64,000 nt of DNA from Camelus dromedarius. Taxonomy: Eukaryota. The notes under the pieces were generated by a model, which did not search any database, was not told the origin of the DNA, and worked only from the letters and a program-made list of their open reading frames with translations. The stretch covers positions 87,422,001 through 87,486,000 of the forward strand of contig NC_087437.1 in NCBI RefSeq assembly GCF_036321535.1, written 5' to 3'. Below, piece after piece: positions 39,244 to 53,059 of the stretch; the stretch's first letter is position 1, and every line of letters begins with the position of its first letter. A program made the position numbers and the translations under genes.

Positions 39244-39680
39244 GAAAGGCTACATGCTGTGTAATTCCAATTATACTACATTTGGGGAAAGCAAAACTAT
39301 GGATACAGTAAAAAGATCAGTGTTTGCCAGGTGCTAGGGGAGCGAGAAGGATGAATAGGTGGAGCACAGAGAATTTTTAGGAAAGGGGAACTACTCTGTA
39401 TGATGCTACATGGGTGGATATATGTCATTATGCATATGTCCAAAGCCATAGAATGTATGCCGAACGAACACTTTGGGAGAAAATGATGAACCTTGAGTGA
39501 TAATGATGTGTCAGTGTAGGTCTATCAGTTTCAACAAAGGTACACTCTGGCAGGGGATGCTCATAATGAAGGCGTCTAGGCATGTGTGGCTGCAAGGGGT
39601 ATATGGGAAATCTCTGTACCTTATGCCTCAATTTTACTGTGAACCTAAAACTGCTCTAAAAAGTAAAGTCTACTAAACCT
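39244..39680 (+). mobile_element. L1MC1/L1MB-like 3' UTR (probable continuation of the outer L1)
   Basis: gaaaggctaca...aaaactatgga.acagtaaaaagatcagtg...gaacctaaaactgctctaaaa; homologous to 56870-57290. Confidence 0.85.
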
Positions 39681-42600
39681 TTAAAAAATACTCATAAGAG
39701 TAACCCCACACTCTGAAAAATAAAGTCTGTTAAACTATTAAAAATATCCATAATCAGAGCAACCACTACAGTGTTGAGCCTATGTCCCCAAATTTTGTCC
39801 AATGACAAGCAATGGAGAGATATCTCGGCCTTAGGTTACAGGGGTTGCTGATGAAATGCCTGATGTTAGAGCACTCATGGCTTCCTGGCCTGAACTTGCA
39901 GGGTTTTGCTTGGGTTGTGAGAATCTTGGGTGAGATTCAGATACCCTGAACTTAGGGTCTAACTTCTCAAAGTCTTGTTGTCTCCTTTCAGGTCTTTCTG
40001 CTTTAATGGGATTCTCTGACCAGAACACTAACCCTGATCTTTTTTATTCCTTTTCTAACACTGGAGCACGTTGCTGTTGCCCGTCCCAGTCTGAGTTGTC
40101 CAGCACAGAACTCAGTGAGCTCAGACATTTCTGAAAGAGGACAAGTGCATTTGATTTCAAGCAGCATTTTCTTATTTGCCCCTCTAAATTTCCTCAGGAA
40201 AGAAATGAAAAATGTCTGCTTATCTGCTTGAGTCTCTTTGCTCAGCAGGTCTTTGATAAAACAACCACAACAACATCAACAGTGTTTAAAAGCCAAAGCT
40301 CGAGATACAGAATGAAGATGACATTTGACTTAACAATTACTCAGAGCGGTAAAGAATTCTGAATGGCTTGAACGTTTAGGTTTGACTATCACTGCTAATT
40401 AAACCTGACTAAATTAAGCCATATAATTTTTAAAGTCCCTTTGGAATGATCTCATATTAATTCTAAAAAACAAACAAAAAAGGCAGGGGAGGGGGGAATA
40501 AAATGAGTGGCCATATTGTGCAGCTGGACAGGATTGCAGAGACTGCATTCCCAAAATTTGAACCTGGGCTTTCTACCTCTTCCTAAAGTAATTCTTTATA
40601 ATAACACTCGCTGCCTTTGAATTACAAAAAAAGGCTAGTCTTTACAGAGAAAATCAGAATAGTTTCAAGTATTCCTCTGTTGTTCGTCTAAGGTGTTTGT
40701 TAAACAACCCAGTCCCTCTTTGAGCATATCAAGAATTCAGGCTTGAAGTAGCTAATTCCAAAATCTTCTCAATCAGTCAACAAGCTTGCATTTGGAGCAA
40801 TCTTTTCTCTCATTTAGAATTTCAGATTCTGGGTGGGAAATATTTCCACTGTGATCTCTATTTTACAGCTATGGGAGAACCTCAATTCCCACACCATCCT
40901 GTGTGGAAGATAAGTGGACACTCCTTGTATTGTAAGCAACATCTGGAAATCATTGTGCAACTATTATTAGCTAATCATTTGAAGATCCCTGGTAGGAAAA
41001 AGGGAAAATACTTTCTATTACCAATCTAAGCACACTGTCCAAACCATTGGGAGTAATGGATGACATTCTTAATAATGAGAAACAGGTTGTATTATAACTA
41101 AAGGGTTATGTAAGTATTCACTTGAGCTTTCTTATGAATAAGGAAGCAGATCCTCTTTCTTTCTCTTTCTTTTTCTCTCTCTCCCTGCTTTACTTTTTGT
41201 TTCAAGGTCAACTTATCAAAGCTGAATATAAATATTGATAATAATTAAAGGTACACAAAATTTTAGTGTTACAGTATCTTTTTTCCAAGTTATGCAGTGC
41301 TTAGTAAGTATTGCTTTATTGGTGTTGAATTCGATTATCAGAATAGCAGCACTTAGAAATTCAATTAATAATGATAAGCATAAAGACAATAAAATATATT
41401 TGATAGTTTTTGACTATAAATTATAGAGGATAACTGCATGTGTATATCCACACACTTAGTTTTTTTCTATTAAATCTATTGATTTTATCCATGTTTACAA
41501 TTGAGACACTGCCAAAAGTACGTGATTGTTGAGGTTTTGTAGTTTTGCCAATGATTTCATAAATCATAACCATCAATATTTTAATAATGAGCTTTCATTT
41601 TTTCATATTGAATATTGTATAAAACTTTAAAACTTCCTATTGGAATTATACCTGCATGATCTAAGTGGGTCAAGGAAAAGGTAACAATCACAGCACATAA
41701 TGTGATGGTTTGCTTCATAAATACAAGTACATCAGTCATTCTATTATTGAAAATTTCTAGGTTCATTAGAATTATTTTACACAGATTTTAAGATGTATAA
41801 GTAAAGTAAGTAATGTGATAAGTGAGAAAGTGTTTTTGATTTATAAGTGGTTTATTTAGTAAAACAATGAAATTATCTACCCCAAAATCTTCTGAGATTT
41901 TGAACATTTTGAATCATTTTCATTAGAACTGAAATCTGCTTGATTTTACACAATTTAAACTATAAACATTTCATTATAACAGTTTGTATCTGGGGAATTT
42001 ACTTTTTTTTACATACTGAGCATGCTGATACACATTTCTAGTAAGTCTAGGACTTACGTGACCACTAGAAAGTGGCAAATCAAGTTTAAAGGTCAGCAAG
42101 TATTTATTAAACTATGCTAAAAGGGTAGAATGTTTAGCATAGTATTTGTATTTATAATCTTCAAAAAATATTTTTGGGCCAAATAAATTGTTCAAAAGCT
42201 AGTTTATTGTAACTATCATATTTGTCTAATGTTTCCTGAAATACATTCATTGTGAAATGAATCTGAGTAACTTCCTTGGAAGATGTATGTTTATGCTGAG
42301 CGATGATTTAGGAAGGCAACCGGGGGGTGGGGGGAGAAATGTACTCCTGTGCCTACTGTTTCTATAACTGATTGAAGGCACATATTCATGCAATACAAAC
42401 ACACGTATATGTGTGTAAGTATGTATATGCATGTATATATGTATACATACACATAAACACACAAACACATACCTCTCGTCTTCACCAGTGCAGATCAAAA
42501 TGAAATGGGTTTATCTTCCCCTATTGAATCATCAGGCCTTATGCTTCATTATGCTTTTTTCCCTTTAAATCTGTCTTTGACATAATGTTTATTTCTTCAA

Positions 42601-42899
42601 ATATTGTCAGAATAAGTGAACAAGTTTCAACATACCCTAGATTCTCTGCCCTCTTAAGCACTGTCCTGAATGTAACAATCTCTGAGATGCTGGAGTACTT
42701 TGTCTTGACCAAAGTTTTCCCCTGCTCTCCTTCAGCTATTTTAAGGATGATTATAATTGTAGAACTCTCTCTGTAAGTCTGAAATTTCATTATTATATAA
42801 CGTAACTAGCTCAGCGTCACGCTGCTTCTATTTCTCTGATATGTGATATGATCACACCCAGGCATATAGCCTCAACTGTGTTTCCACATTGCTGCAACA

Positions 42900-43430
42900 T
42901 AGAACCAGGTGGTTCCCAACCCTCTAACTCCAGGATCTCAATCTTGAGTTCCTGTCCTTTGTATCTAATAATCTTTAGAATTTATTTCATTGGATATTGC
43001 AGGTACTTGAAACTCAAATCTTCATAATATGTTTAGGTCCTTTTCTCCTCCAGATGTGTTCTTCCTTTTATTATTTCTAAATCAGTGAACAAAACTGCTT
43101 ATCACTCAATTGCCCAAATAGGAAAGCTGAGTTTTATCTTTTACTTCTTTCTGTCCTTCATTAATCATATGCTATCAGTTTTTCAATGTCTTTTAATTCT
43201 ATGTTGGAAAACTTTTTTTTTTTTTAATCTATCTATCCTTTCCCATTCCTATTATCACTGCATTGGATAAGTATAGAAATCACTTCACATTTGTCTCCTT
43301 GACAATGGTTTCTCTTTCCACCTTGTGTTCAGAATGGGACTTTTAAAATATAAACCTGATCATTGACCTTCTTAAAAATATTTTTGTTTTTTTCTCTTGT
43401 CTATAGAACACATTCCAGACTTCTTAACAT
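42900..43430 (+). mobile_element. L2 fragment
   Basis: ggatattgcaggtacttgaaactcaa, cagtgaac...cactcaattgcccaa, aaaatataaacctgatcat. Confidence 0.5.
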
Positions 43431-43676
43431 ATAAAATGAATCTGAATGTTCAGGATCCTGATTTAGGGATTCAAATATGTGATTTATAAAATTTTATATA
43501 ATAATTTTATCTCTTGTTATGAACACCATCACTCCCTGACTTAGTTTAATGACTACTTAAACTCAAATAAACTCAGCCACTTTAGGATTTAAGCTTAGTC
43601 AACCAAGTATTTAAACTCTGTCAAATTTAAATATGTATTTCTGAAAAAAAAAATTTGCAGCAAGAACAAAGCTACC

Positions 43677-43809
43677 AAGGGGAGGGTATAGCTCTGTGGT
43701 AGACTATGCCTAGCATGCATGAGGTCCTGGGTTCAATACCCAGTACCTCCAATAAATAAATAAATGAATGAATGAATAAATAAATAAATCTAATTACTTT
43801 AAAAAAAAA
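43677..43809 (+). mobile_element. tRNA-derived SINE, camelid Vic-1-like, with 15-bp TSD
   Basis: ggggagggtatagctctgtggtaga (A box)...ctgggttcaataccc (B box), (AAAT/GAAT)n, ctaattac, A-tail; TSD aagaacaaagctacc at 43662-43676 and 43810-43824. Confidence 0.92.
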
Positions 43810-46800
43810 AAGAACAAAGCTACCTATGATATATTGACTTTTCACTTGAAATAGAAATACAAATAGAATTTCTTTGAGATCTTTAAATTCAGATTATGGT
43901 TTATTTTTTTCTATGAGAAAACTGAAAACTGGATAGCCAGATGTATTAAGTGTGTATGGAGTTAAGTGCAGATGTAAAATGTTTGTGAGTCTACTTAAAT
44001 TACGTAAACATGTAACCAGTATATAAAGTTTCATTTTGTGCTTGGGAAGAAATACTTGCTTTAATAATCAAGGAATACGTATTTACCCATGTCTGTTTTA
44101 AGGGTAAATAAGTAGATTTTATATTGTATCAAGCTGAAGGAAACTTTAACGTAGAGAAATTTAAGTTCTACCTGTGGTCATTAGCAAAACTTTCACTGAA
44201 AGTGTGGTATTTGAGCTGATCTTTGGAATTTAAGCAGGAATTGGATAACTGGATATAGGGAAAAAGCATTTCACATTTATGTGAATGTGGAAAAAAGACC
44301 AATGAGACATTTAAAGACTGTAATGAGGGTCAGACAGGTTGTCAGAGAGTTAAAGAGCAGTTCCAAGAGAAAAGAAAGGTTTGGTATGTACAGACTTTTT
44401 AACTTGCTACTGAGAAAACTTCAAAACATGACTGCCTCCTATCTTCCACTCTCCTAGATACTGCCTGAACATACCAGCAGCTTTACCGCCTCTAGACCTT
44501 TGTTGTTTCATTTCCTTGTCTGAAATGCTTTCACCCCTCTTTGTCCTTCAATACCAACTATACTCCAAGCCATATATTCTTTCATCATTATGTAAACACT
44601 GACTTTTTTGGCAGTCACTGTACCGAGCAAGGACATAAGTTATGAAGAGGTAAGTGCTATGTCAAGTCCTTAGAATCTGTTATATACTTAAAGACATATT
44701 AAAAGGATGATGATAGAGAGTTATGTTCTCAAGTAATTTGTCTCATATAGAAAAAAGTAAGCAAATGTATGAAATTTCTATATAAGGTGACATTATTATC
44801 TCAAGCACTGCATCCTCTGTAACATCTTCCTGGTATCCCAAGCAGATGTGATCCATGTAGCACCCATTTCCCTTTTACCATAGATTCTGCCAGCAGTAGA
44901 ACCCATCAAACCCTTGCCTTATCCCTGTCAATCAGGCAAAGAATTCACTTAACTTATCTTTCCATCCCCTGTGAATTTAAGAAAAGGCCATACACATAAA
45001 AGATGTTCAGTAATATATTGGTTAAAAAAAAACAAAACCTGAAGGACAGTGTCAAATAATGTTGAAAAGTTGTGAAGACTGAGAATGTTGACAAGATCAT
45101 TGGACTTAGAGTGGTCATTGGTGACTTTAGAGATACCAATTTCAATAAAATGGTGGGCACCTGTATCAGATCACAAAGAACTAAAGACAAAGACCAAATC
45201 TATTATTCTATAATCTACCTCATTCATTCCTAAAAATCACTACACTAGGCAAAACAGAGCAATGCATTCTGTAGTACTTACAGAGAAAATGGAGGTGGGA
45301 TCATAAGACTCTAAACTCTGTCAATGAGACATCACAACAAAACAAAACGAAGTGAAAAACTGCAGGAAATTCCCCTTTAAGAAAAAAAAAAACTGTAGCA
45401 CAGTTTTAAACCTATTAAATAGGCTAGAAATAGATAAAATATAATATAAAACTCAATAAATATATAACATATACTACAGTAAATATGGCAGTTAACCTTG
45501 AGAAAGACCTGAAATTTACTCATGGAAATGGGCATAGAAAGGGTTGTAGCTGCTTGAGGGTTATTGTGAAGTGAGAAGAAAGGTTACCTGAAACTGGACA
45601 GAAAGTTTTAACAGTAAACGAGGCTCACAACACACACAGTGGAAGGAGATGCCTGTAGATGCTTGAGGTGAGTGCATATGTGCAAGTTGTGTATTACTCT
45701 GTGGACAGTTTCAGTTTGGTGAAGTTTTCTGCTTTCACCCAGTGTTTCTCCTGGACAAAGTCACGTATGATAGGCAAACACAAAAACTGTGTTCTGCTCA
45801 AGTTCCTTAATGTTATCAGTCTTATTGGAAAACACTGCCATTTTAAAAACAAGAATTATAACAGAACCGACTGTAGGTGGTGAGAAAGTATGACAGCTTT
45901 GGCAGTGAATGGAAGGAAGGACAGCAAGTGTTGCAAAGTGTCAAGAGAATGAGAAAGTTAGTGTTTAGAACCAGATGAGACCCAAATTAAGAAGTATATG
46001 ATTGATAAGATCTTAAAATAACCTATCCTGAGGAATTTATGTTCTGTCAAAAAACAAAACTTAAGTTTTACAAACCTAGTTCTAGTGATTGCACATAAAG
46101 AGAGGGAAGAATACGCTCAGAGACTCATCAGGGTTCTTTCCAGGAGCCCTAGAATCCCACTCCAACTTGGCCCCCTGCTATACCTACAAGTAAAACCATT
46201 TCTATAATAGAAAGATGCTTATATTAAAAATATTAAAACCTTTTTCAAAACTTTTTTTTGTTCTCTTTATGGATGTTTCTTTTTTTTTTTTCTTTCTCAC
46301 CTTGTGTCAAAGGTGCTAAATATTGACAAGTTTAGACTATCTTATTTAACAGGACAATCCATATCCAGTTTTCGTCTGACTGCTTTCATATCTGTTTGGG
46401 CAGGAAAATAATGTGTTATCCTTCCCACATCTAGGCTTCTGTTGATTTCTGTTTTAACAAGGATAAAACTTTTAATCTAAATGGGTAAAATATAAATGGA
46501 ATTTCAGACACTGTTTTTTGGAAGAAGTGGGAATCACTGAGTCTTCTGGAATAGTTTCCTTTTTACTAAGACCAGTGCAGGGAACATTTCTTTTTATCTG
46601 GAACTAAATTGCATAGAAAAGAGAAACAGAATGAGATTGACAAAATTTCTTCAGCAAATTTGACTGTGTCATTTCTCAAGAACGTATTTTGAGTGTTAAA
46701 GAAAATAAAGGGAGACCAGATCTCTATTTTAAACTAATGGGGTCAAGTGTTCCTCTTGTTAAAATAACTCCTTTAACAAAAGTTACGTAGACATAGCTAC

Positions 46801-49412
46801 AGCGTTGTATTCTGTGCGCCAAGCAATTTTTTTTATGCAGGATAATTATGAAAACTGGCAGATTTAATTTAAGTAAATGAAGAAAGACACAGGGATCAAA
46901 TAAATTGTGATTTTGTAGAACAAGGGACTCCCAAAATGCACATGTATCTTCAGGTCTCACAAAACCCAAAATGACATTTCTGTTGTACTTAAACTCTGGC
47001 ACTGTATCCCTAATGCCTTCAGTAATCAGGGAAATTCTCTGACCCTGTCTGATTTTCCATATTTTGCTTAAGATATTCTTTTTCCAGGTAAGCCAGTGAA
47101 ATTCACCTCTGGTTTAGTTTCTAATGCTTCACTAGGAAGCCCTCATTCACTAATTTACTCATGAAAGCTATTGGCTTTTTTCCTTTTATAGCATTTTTTA
47201 TATTGGGCATTTATTCTCCGTTCTTTTTCATGTAAATATTTTAGTTTAGGAATATGCCAGAAGATATAGTGGCATGTATATGTATATATGTATTGCATTG
47301 TAAGAACTATATGTACAAGTTTTTATATGTAACACATATCATACATATACATTTTTTAAAAACCTATCCCTAGAAAATATGAAAATGAGACCATGAAGCC
47401 CAGTGACTATTACACTTAGTTATACAAGCAAACTTCTGCTTTTATAAAATTTAGCAAAGCTTTAAGCAGGCACATTTGCATAGCCAGATCCCTTGGCAGT
47501 ATAATTCAACCACCATTGTAGTTATTAGAAGTGAGCTAGGACATATGCTTATCATAATATGTTAAATTCTTTTATACTGATAGTCTGTTTCAGTAAAAGC
47601 TTAATTTCAGATTACTGTAACTTGCATAAGGAATATATCTGGTAGTGTACTACAGTAATGACAGAATAAGAGAAATATGTAAAGAAACATTTCTCACAAA
47701 CAGCAAGACACCATGGGTGATTTTCAGTTGATATGTATTTTACGGAAACCATAAGTTTGCTTTCATTATTTATTTAAAACCTCATGCTATTTTATAGATA
47801 AAAAATCAAATTTCCACTGTTGGAGAATTGTTACTAATTCAAATAATAATATCACTTTCAAATGGTGTTTTTAATGTAAAGCTGGAATTAAGGTTTTTTT
47901 ATGCATCACTAGGTGACATCCTAGATATTAGAGCTGTATCACAAAAGTGTTAGAATAGTAGCATGTATTTCAAATATGAGAAATGGTGCATAATATCCAA
48001 CTCTAAGTTCCAGATAATGAAAGCAAGAAAATCAGATTATGAAAGTAACTGAGGGTAGTTAACTTGTTTCTTGTCTCTCAAATAGTTAAGATTTTTCTCT
48101 ATTTCACATAAAAATCCTCTTTTAGAAATTTCATCTCTGATGCTTCTATGTGAATAGGAAACGTTAGGTCAAATTATGTCATTATCTATATTATATTTAT
48201 ACTGGATTTCTCATGAATCCAGTTGTGTTCTGTGGTATAGTAAGCATTTTTATGAACTCCCAAGTAGTAATGAAAAAAAAAAACTGGAGTTATTTGAGGC
48301 TGGAAAAATGTTTGAGTGGAGTGGAACCTGAAACATAATCTGCAAACCACGGTTCCTCTTCATTTTATGTATATTTTAAGGGAAATTTAATTCAGATGTT
48401 TCTGATTAATGTACACTTAGCTCATCAGACTTCTCGTGCAAGACTAATTTGACTTCCAGGAAGACTTTTTCTTTGCAAGACATTTTCCTCTGTATGAGGA
48501 AGTCTAGTTTTGCCTTCATTAGATGTTGTGCAAAACTGGAAACACTTTCGTTGCTCTTTTTTTTTTTTTATGTTATCTGAGTTCATACTTTTATTTGATG
48601 AGAACTTTTAAAACAATAATGTCTCTTGTATTATTATAAAAGCAGTAAAAAAAAAAAAAAACTAGTATACTAGAGTTGAATTAACCAAACTCCCAAAATC
48701 AGAAAAATAATTTGTGAATTTGTATTACACTGAATCATACAATCTTTGACTACAAAATGGCTAACATATGTTAGGAACACTAATAGAAAGCAATTGAACC
48801 AAAAGTCAAAGTATCTAGTTTCTAACCTCAATTTTGCCACACACTTTCTAGGTGATTTTAGAAGAATCACATTGTTTTGTTTTGCTTTGTTTTTTTTAAT
48901 CTTTATCTGTAAAATGAGGGAGCTGGATAAAATGATTTCCTCATGTATAATTCTTAAAGGTCTGTCAAATTTCTGAATTCAGTATACATTTTATCAGTAG
49001 TATCAAATATATATATATTTTATAACTTTTTACTGTATATAAAATAGATATTTATATAAGTGTAAAATATAGCCATGTCTCTAAATACTACCCCTGGAAT
49101 CAGCTTTGCCTCAAGTAACAATCTTAATTCACTTAAATAACTTTATAGTAAAATACATCTTGGTCATTTAAAATTCAACTAAAGTCTCAAAAAAGTTTTT
49201 CTTTGATTTTTTTTCTGTTACTTAGTTTTACAGGAAAGAAGCAAAAGTTGTAACGGGGACTGAATTATCAGTTGTTATTAACATTTTTCCAGATTAGATT
49301 ATGGTGTTTACATGTAACCATCTACAGCTATTACATCAGTGTTTTTCACATGAGAAGTAATATAACAATGACCATCCTAAAACACTGAAAACTTTGATAT
49401 TGTTTTATTAAT

Positions 49413-49800
49413 TGTGGCAGATTATTTTCTGCTGGAGTAACAAACAGGCCCCATATCTCAGTGGCTTGAAACAATCATAGGTTATTTCTGGTCCCATTAC
49501 ATGCCTTTTGTGAATTGTCTGGAAGCTACATTCCATGTCTTCACTCAGGGATCCAAGCTGATGGATACTTCATCTCAAGATTTATTTCACAGTCATGACA
49601 TCAGGAAGAGGGACACGCACAAGTCACTAACTGATTGTCAAACTTTTACAGAAAATGACACATAATTTCTGCTCACCTGTTAGTGACCAATGCAAATTAT
49701 CTATCTACACATGAATTTCAAAATGAGGAGAAAGCACAAGTCAAGCATGTACCTAGGAAGAAAATGAGAAATAAGTAGTAGACGTTACTAATGACTCCCA
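49413..49800 (-). mobile_element. Old MaLR LTR (MLT1J/K-like)
   Basis: gtaacaaaca...atctcagtggcttgaaacaa, cactcagggatccaagctgatgga, tttctgctcac. Confidence 0.7.
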
Positions 49801-50929
49801 GTCACGCACACAAATGTTAAGTGAAATTTAGTGTTGCAGGCTGGGTAAGAAATGAAAGTTGACTGACTAATCCCTAGATCTTTGAAATCAAGAAGTGAAA
49901 GATTTTTTCTAACTGGAATAATTTTTAAATTTATATAATTAGATATCACCTAGCTTTAACTTATTCAAAATGTTAACTTTAATTAATGCATTAAAAATAT
50001 AAAATTTTATTGTTATCCTTAGTACTAAAGATTACTTTTTTATCTCTGTAAAATCTTTTCACTTAATAATGACATCTATGTGTTCAGAAAAATTTACCAC
50101 AATTTTAAGTAATCATTAATATGTCATTTATTTTATACATATCATATGTTCTCTGTGCCAAAATTTAATAAAAATTGTTCCCAATCTCTGTCCCCCAAAA
50201 GAAGCAGTTTATTTGTATTGCCGCACATATCTTAAAAGTATTTTATTAGCATAATAGATATGTTTAAGACATACATATCATAGTCTTCCTTTAATGAAAG
50301 AATTGTTAACTCAAGTCATCCTTTATCCCTCCCTCGAGCCTTTCCAATATACCTAGTGCTCAATTTTTAGTTCCTGTCCTGTTTAATTATTACATCTAAA
50401 AATAGTGTTCATGTTGTTTGGACTATTCAAACATACTGTTTACTGTAGAATTAAGTAGTATAATTTTATCAATTTTTTATCATGTTTTTCTTTTAAGCCT
50501 GTTTGGGTAGCTAGAGTGAATTATTCAGAAGTTACCTGATTCTCAGAACACTGAGCATCCTAAAAGAGCTCTTGCAATCTGTTGAGTTTTGGGGGACCAG
50601 TCCAAGTGTTGTCTCTTAATTTGGTTTGTCTGTTTGTTTGTTTTGTAGGGTAGAAGAGGATCTTGGATCAATGCCATATGGACCATTGGTATAAGAAAGG
50701 AATATGACTTCAAAGGTACTCCCTTGTGCATATTGTATTGTGTCCTCTTCTATGCTACCACAGTGCATGTGTATTCACACACCATTTACTGAGTTGAAAT
50801 CAGAGCTTCTGTACTAGATTGAAATCTTCCTGAAGATAAGCAGCATGTCTTACACATCTCAATAACTCTAGAACTTAACCTCAAATTGGGTGAAATTTAA
50901 TCTTTATCGAACATGAAAGCATATGTCAA

Positions 50930-51105
50930 GCACTTCATAAAGTACTCTCGTATAATAACTATATGTATTTAACCTCCTCAAATGCTCAGAAAAGATGAGC
51001 ATTTTACCCCCATTTTACATGTAAGAATATTAAATCTCAGATGATGTAACTGAAAATACCCAGTGTTGCAACAGGGGCAGAGACAGGATTTAAACCTGGT
51101 TTTTC
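50930..51105 (-). mobile_element. MIR
   Basis: atttaacctcctca...ccccattttaca...ggcagagacaggatttaaacctgg. Confidence 0.55.
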
Positions 51106-52682
51106 AAACACCACGTCGATCAACATTCCCCTATAACTTACTGTTTTACATACGAGGATCCTGGTACAGAATAAATAAGTATGTATTAAATGCACTAACA
51201 TGATCATATTTTGTTATAGAATTTTTACATGTGAACGATTCAATAGGTGGTAGGGATTGTGGTAAGTTGCTGGCAGGGATCCAAGGCAACTGGGAACACA
51301 GAGCATTGTTACTTCTTCTAGTCAACCACAGACGGTTCTGGAAGAAAGGAAACATACCAAGTCTGAGGATAGTTAAGAGGGAAAAGCAGCTGCATAACCA
51401 TTGGATAACTTAATATAAAAAAGTCAAAGTGATGGTAACAGTGGGATGCCTCTGATAACCCCAAATTGTTTAGTGGTAACTAACTCCTTCTGTTAATGAT
51501 ACTTTGCTCCGCTATTCTTTCCTTTTATATAACTGCTTATGAAAATACTGATGTAATTCCTATCACCTTTCCAACATAGCCATGAAAATAAATATTTTTT
51601 TTTCACTTAAAGTTAATAGCGTTTAATAGAAATGAGAGACCACACCTATGAAAGAAATCAGTGTGTTGCACTTAGATTTTCATTTCTGGTATTTGTGGTT
51701 TGTTTTTCATGGGAGTCAACTTTTTGCAGGCAAACAGTGGTTTCAGGCTAATATTTACATTCCTTTACTTCAGTAAACTAAGAGTTTAGCATAGAGATAA
51801 AAAGAAGTTAGAGGGGCACATAGGTGGGTGCAACTCTAATGTATTAAATTTTGCAGCTCTAATGTATTTTGATCCTTATTTTCTTCTGGATGAAACATTT
51901 TTATATTTTCTATAATGGAAATTATGACAGCATATGAGTCCCCTACCTACATCTCTACAATTCCCATTCCATTAATAGTAGAATCTAGTTTTTTTTATAT
52001 ATATAGCTAACACTTTGACATGTTTTGTTGTATTTTCCTGTATAGCATTTTGATATGGCATACTCCCTACCTTTTCTTATGTATATTCTCCTGTATGTAA
52101 AGTATGTTTCTGCTCATTTCAAGCTCATTTTAAATTCTGGACTCATTTTCCAAGAGGAAAACAAGTACCTCCTCTCTGAAATATCCTCTTCAGCTTCTCT
52201 CAACAGCAAACTTAATGAGCTTGCTTCTAAGACATCACTTAGGACACTGATGAAAATGCTAAACAGCTTGTACTGTTGTTGCCGGAAGCATTATACAATC
52301 AATTCTGCAAGGCTGTATTTCTGTCATATTTGAACTCATCATTGTGACTCTCAGATGATGCTTATTTGACTTTACTAGGTGAAGACGGGTACATCTGTTT
52401 ATTACATAACACAAATGTAGTCTTACCTTAGGTCACTGTAACTGTTTCCAGGAGATGTCAAAAGTACTAATATTCCTCAAGCCATTTATTTTAGGATTCT
52501 CAAAATGTAACTAATAAGAGGCAAGATGAATATTTATATAAATTCAACATTTTCCAATTAAACTTAAAATATTTTGATAGTCTTTAAAGGAAGCAAAGAA
52601 ACCTGTAGACCCAAATCATAAAGGAGCTAAGGGGAGTTTATCTTGATTTAGTCATAATAGTTTTTCAGATTTCTCCCATTGG

Positions 52683-53059
52683 TGTTATAAACCAAATAAC
52701 ATAGACCAAATATTTATGTTCCCCTGCAATTTGTATGTTGAAGCCCTAACCCCCAGTGTGATGGTTTTAGGGGGTGGGGACTTTGAGATGTAATTAGTTT
52801 TAGATGAGCTCATGAGAGGGGAGCCCCGTGATGTGATTAGTGCCCTTATTAGAAGAGACCCCAGAGCATCCTCTTTGCCATATGAAGACACAGTGTGAAG
52901 GCGCTGTCTGCGAGTAAGGAAGAGAGACCTCGCCGCAGAACTGAATCGGCCGGCACGCTGATCTTGGGCTTCCCAGCCTCCAGAACTGCGAGAGATGCCT
53001 TCTTGTTATTTGTCATCAGACCTGTGACTTTTTCATCTCAGCCCAAGTGGACTAATATA
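52683..53059 (+). mobile_element. MaLR solo LTR (MLT1A-like)
   Basis: tgttat start, tatgttgaagccctaacccccagtgtgatgg, gattagtgcccttat, tgatcttgggcttcccagcctccagaactg, gactaatata end. Confidence 0.9.

Noticed and set aside
43679..43750. Possible tRNA gene
   Set aside because: The AAAT tail, poly(A) and TSD show it is a SINE.
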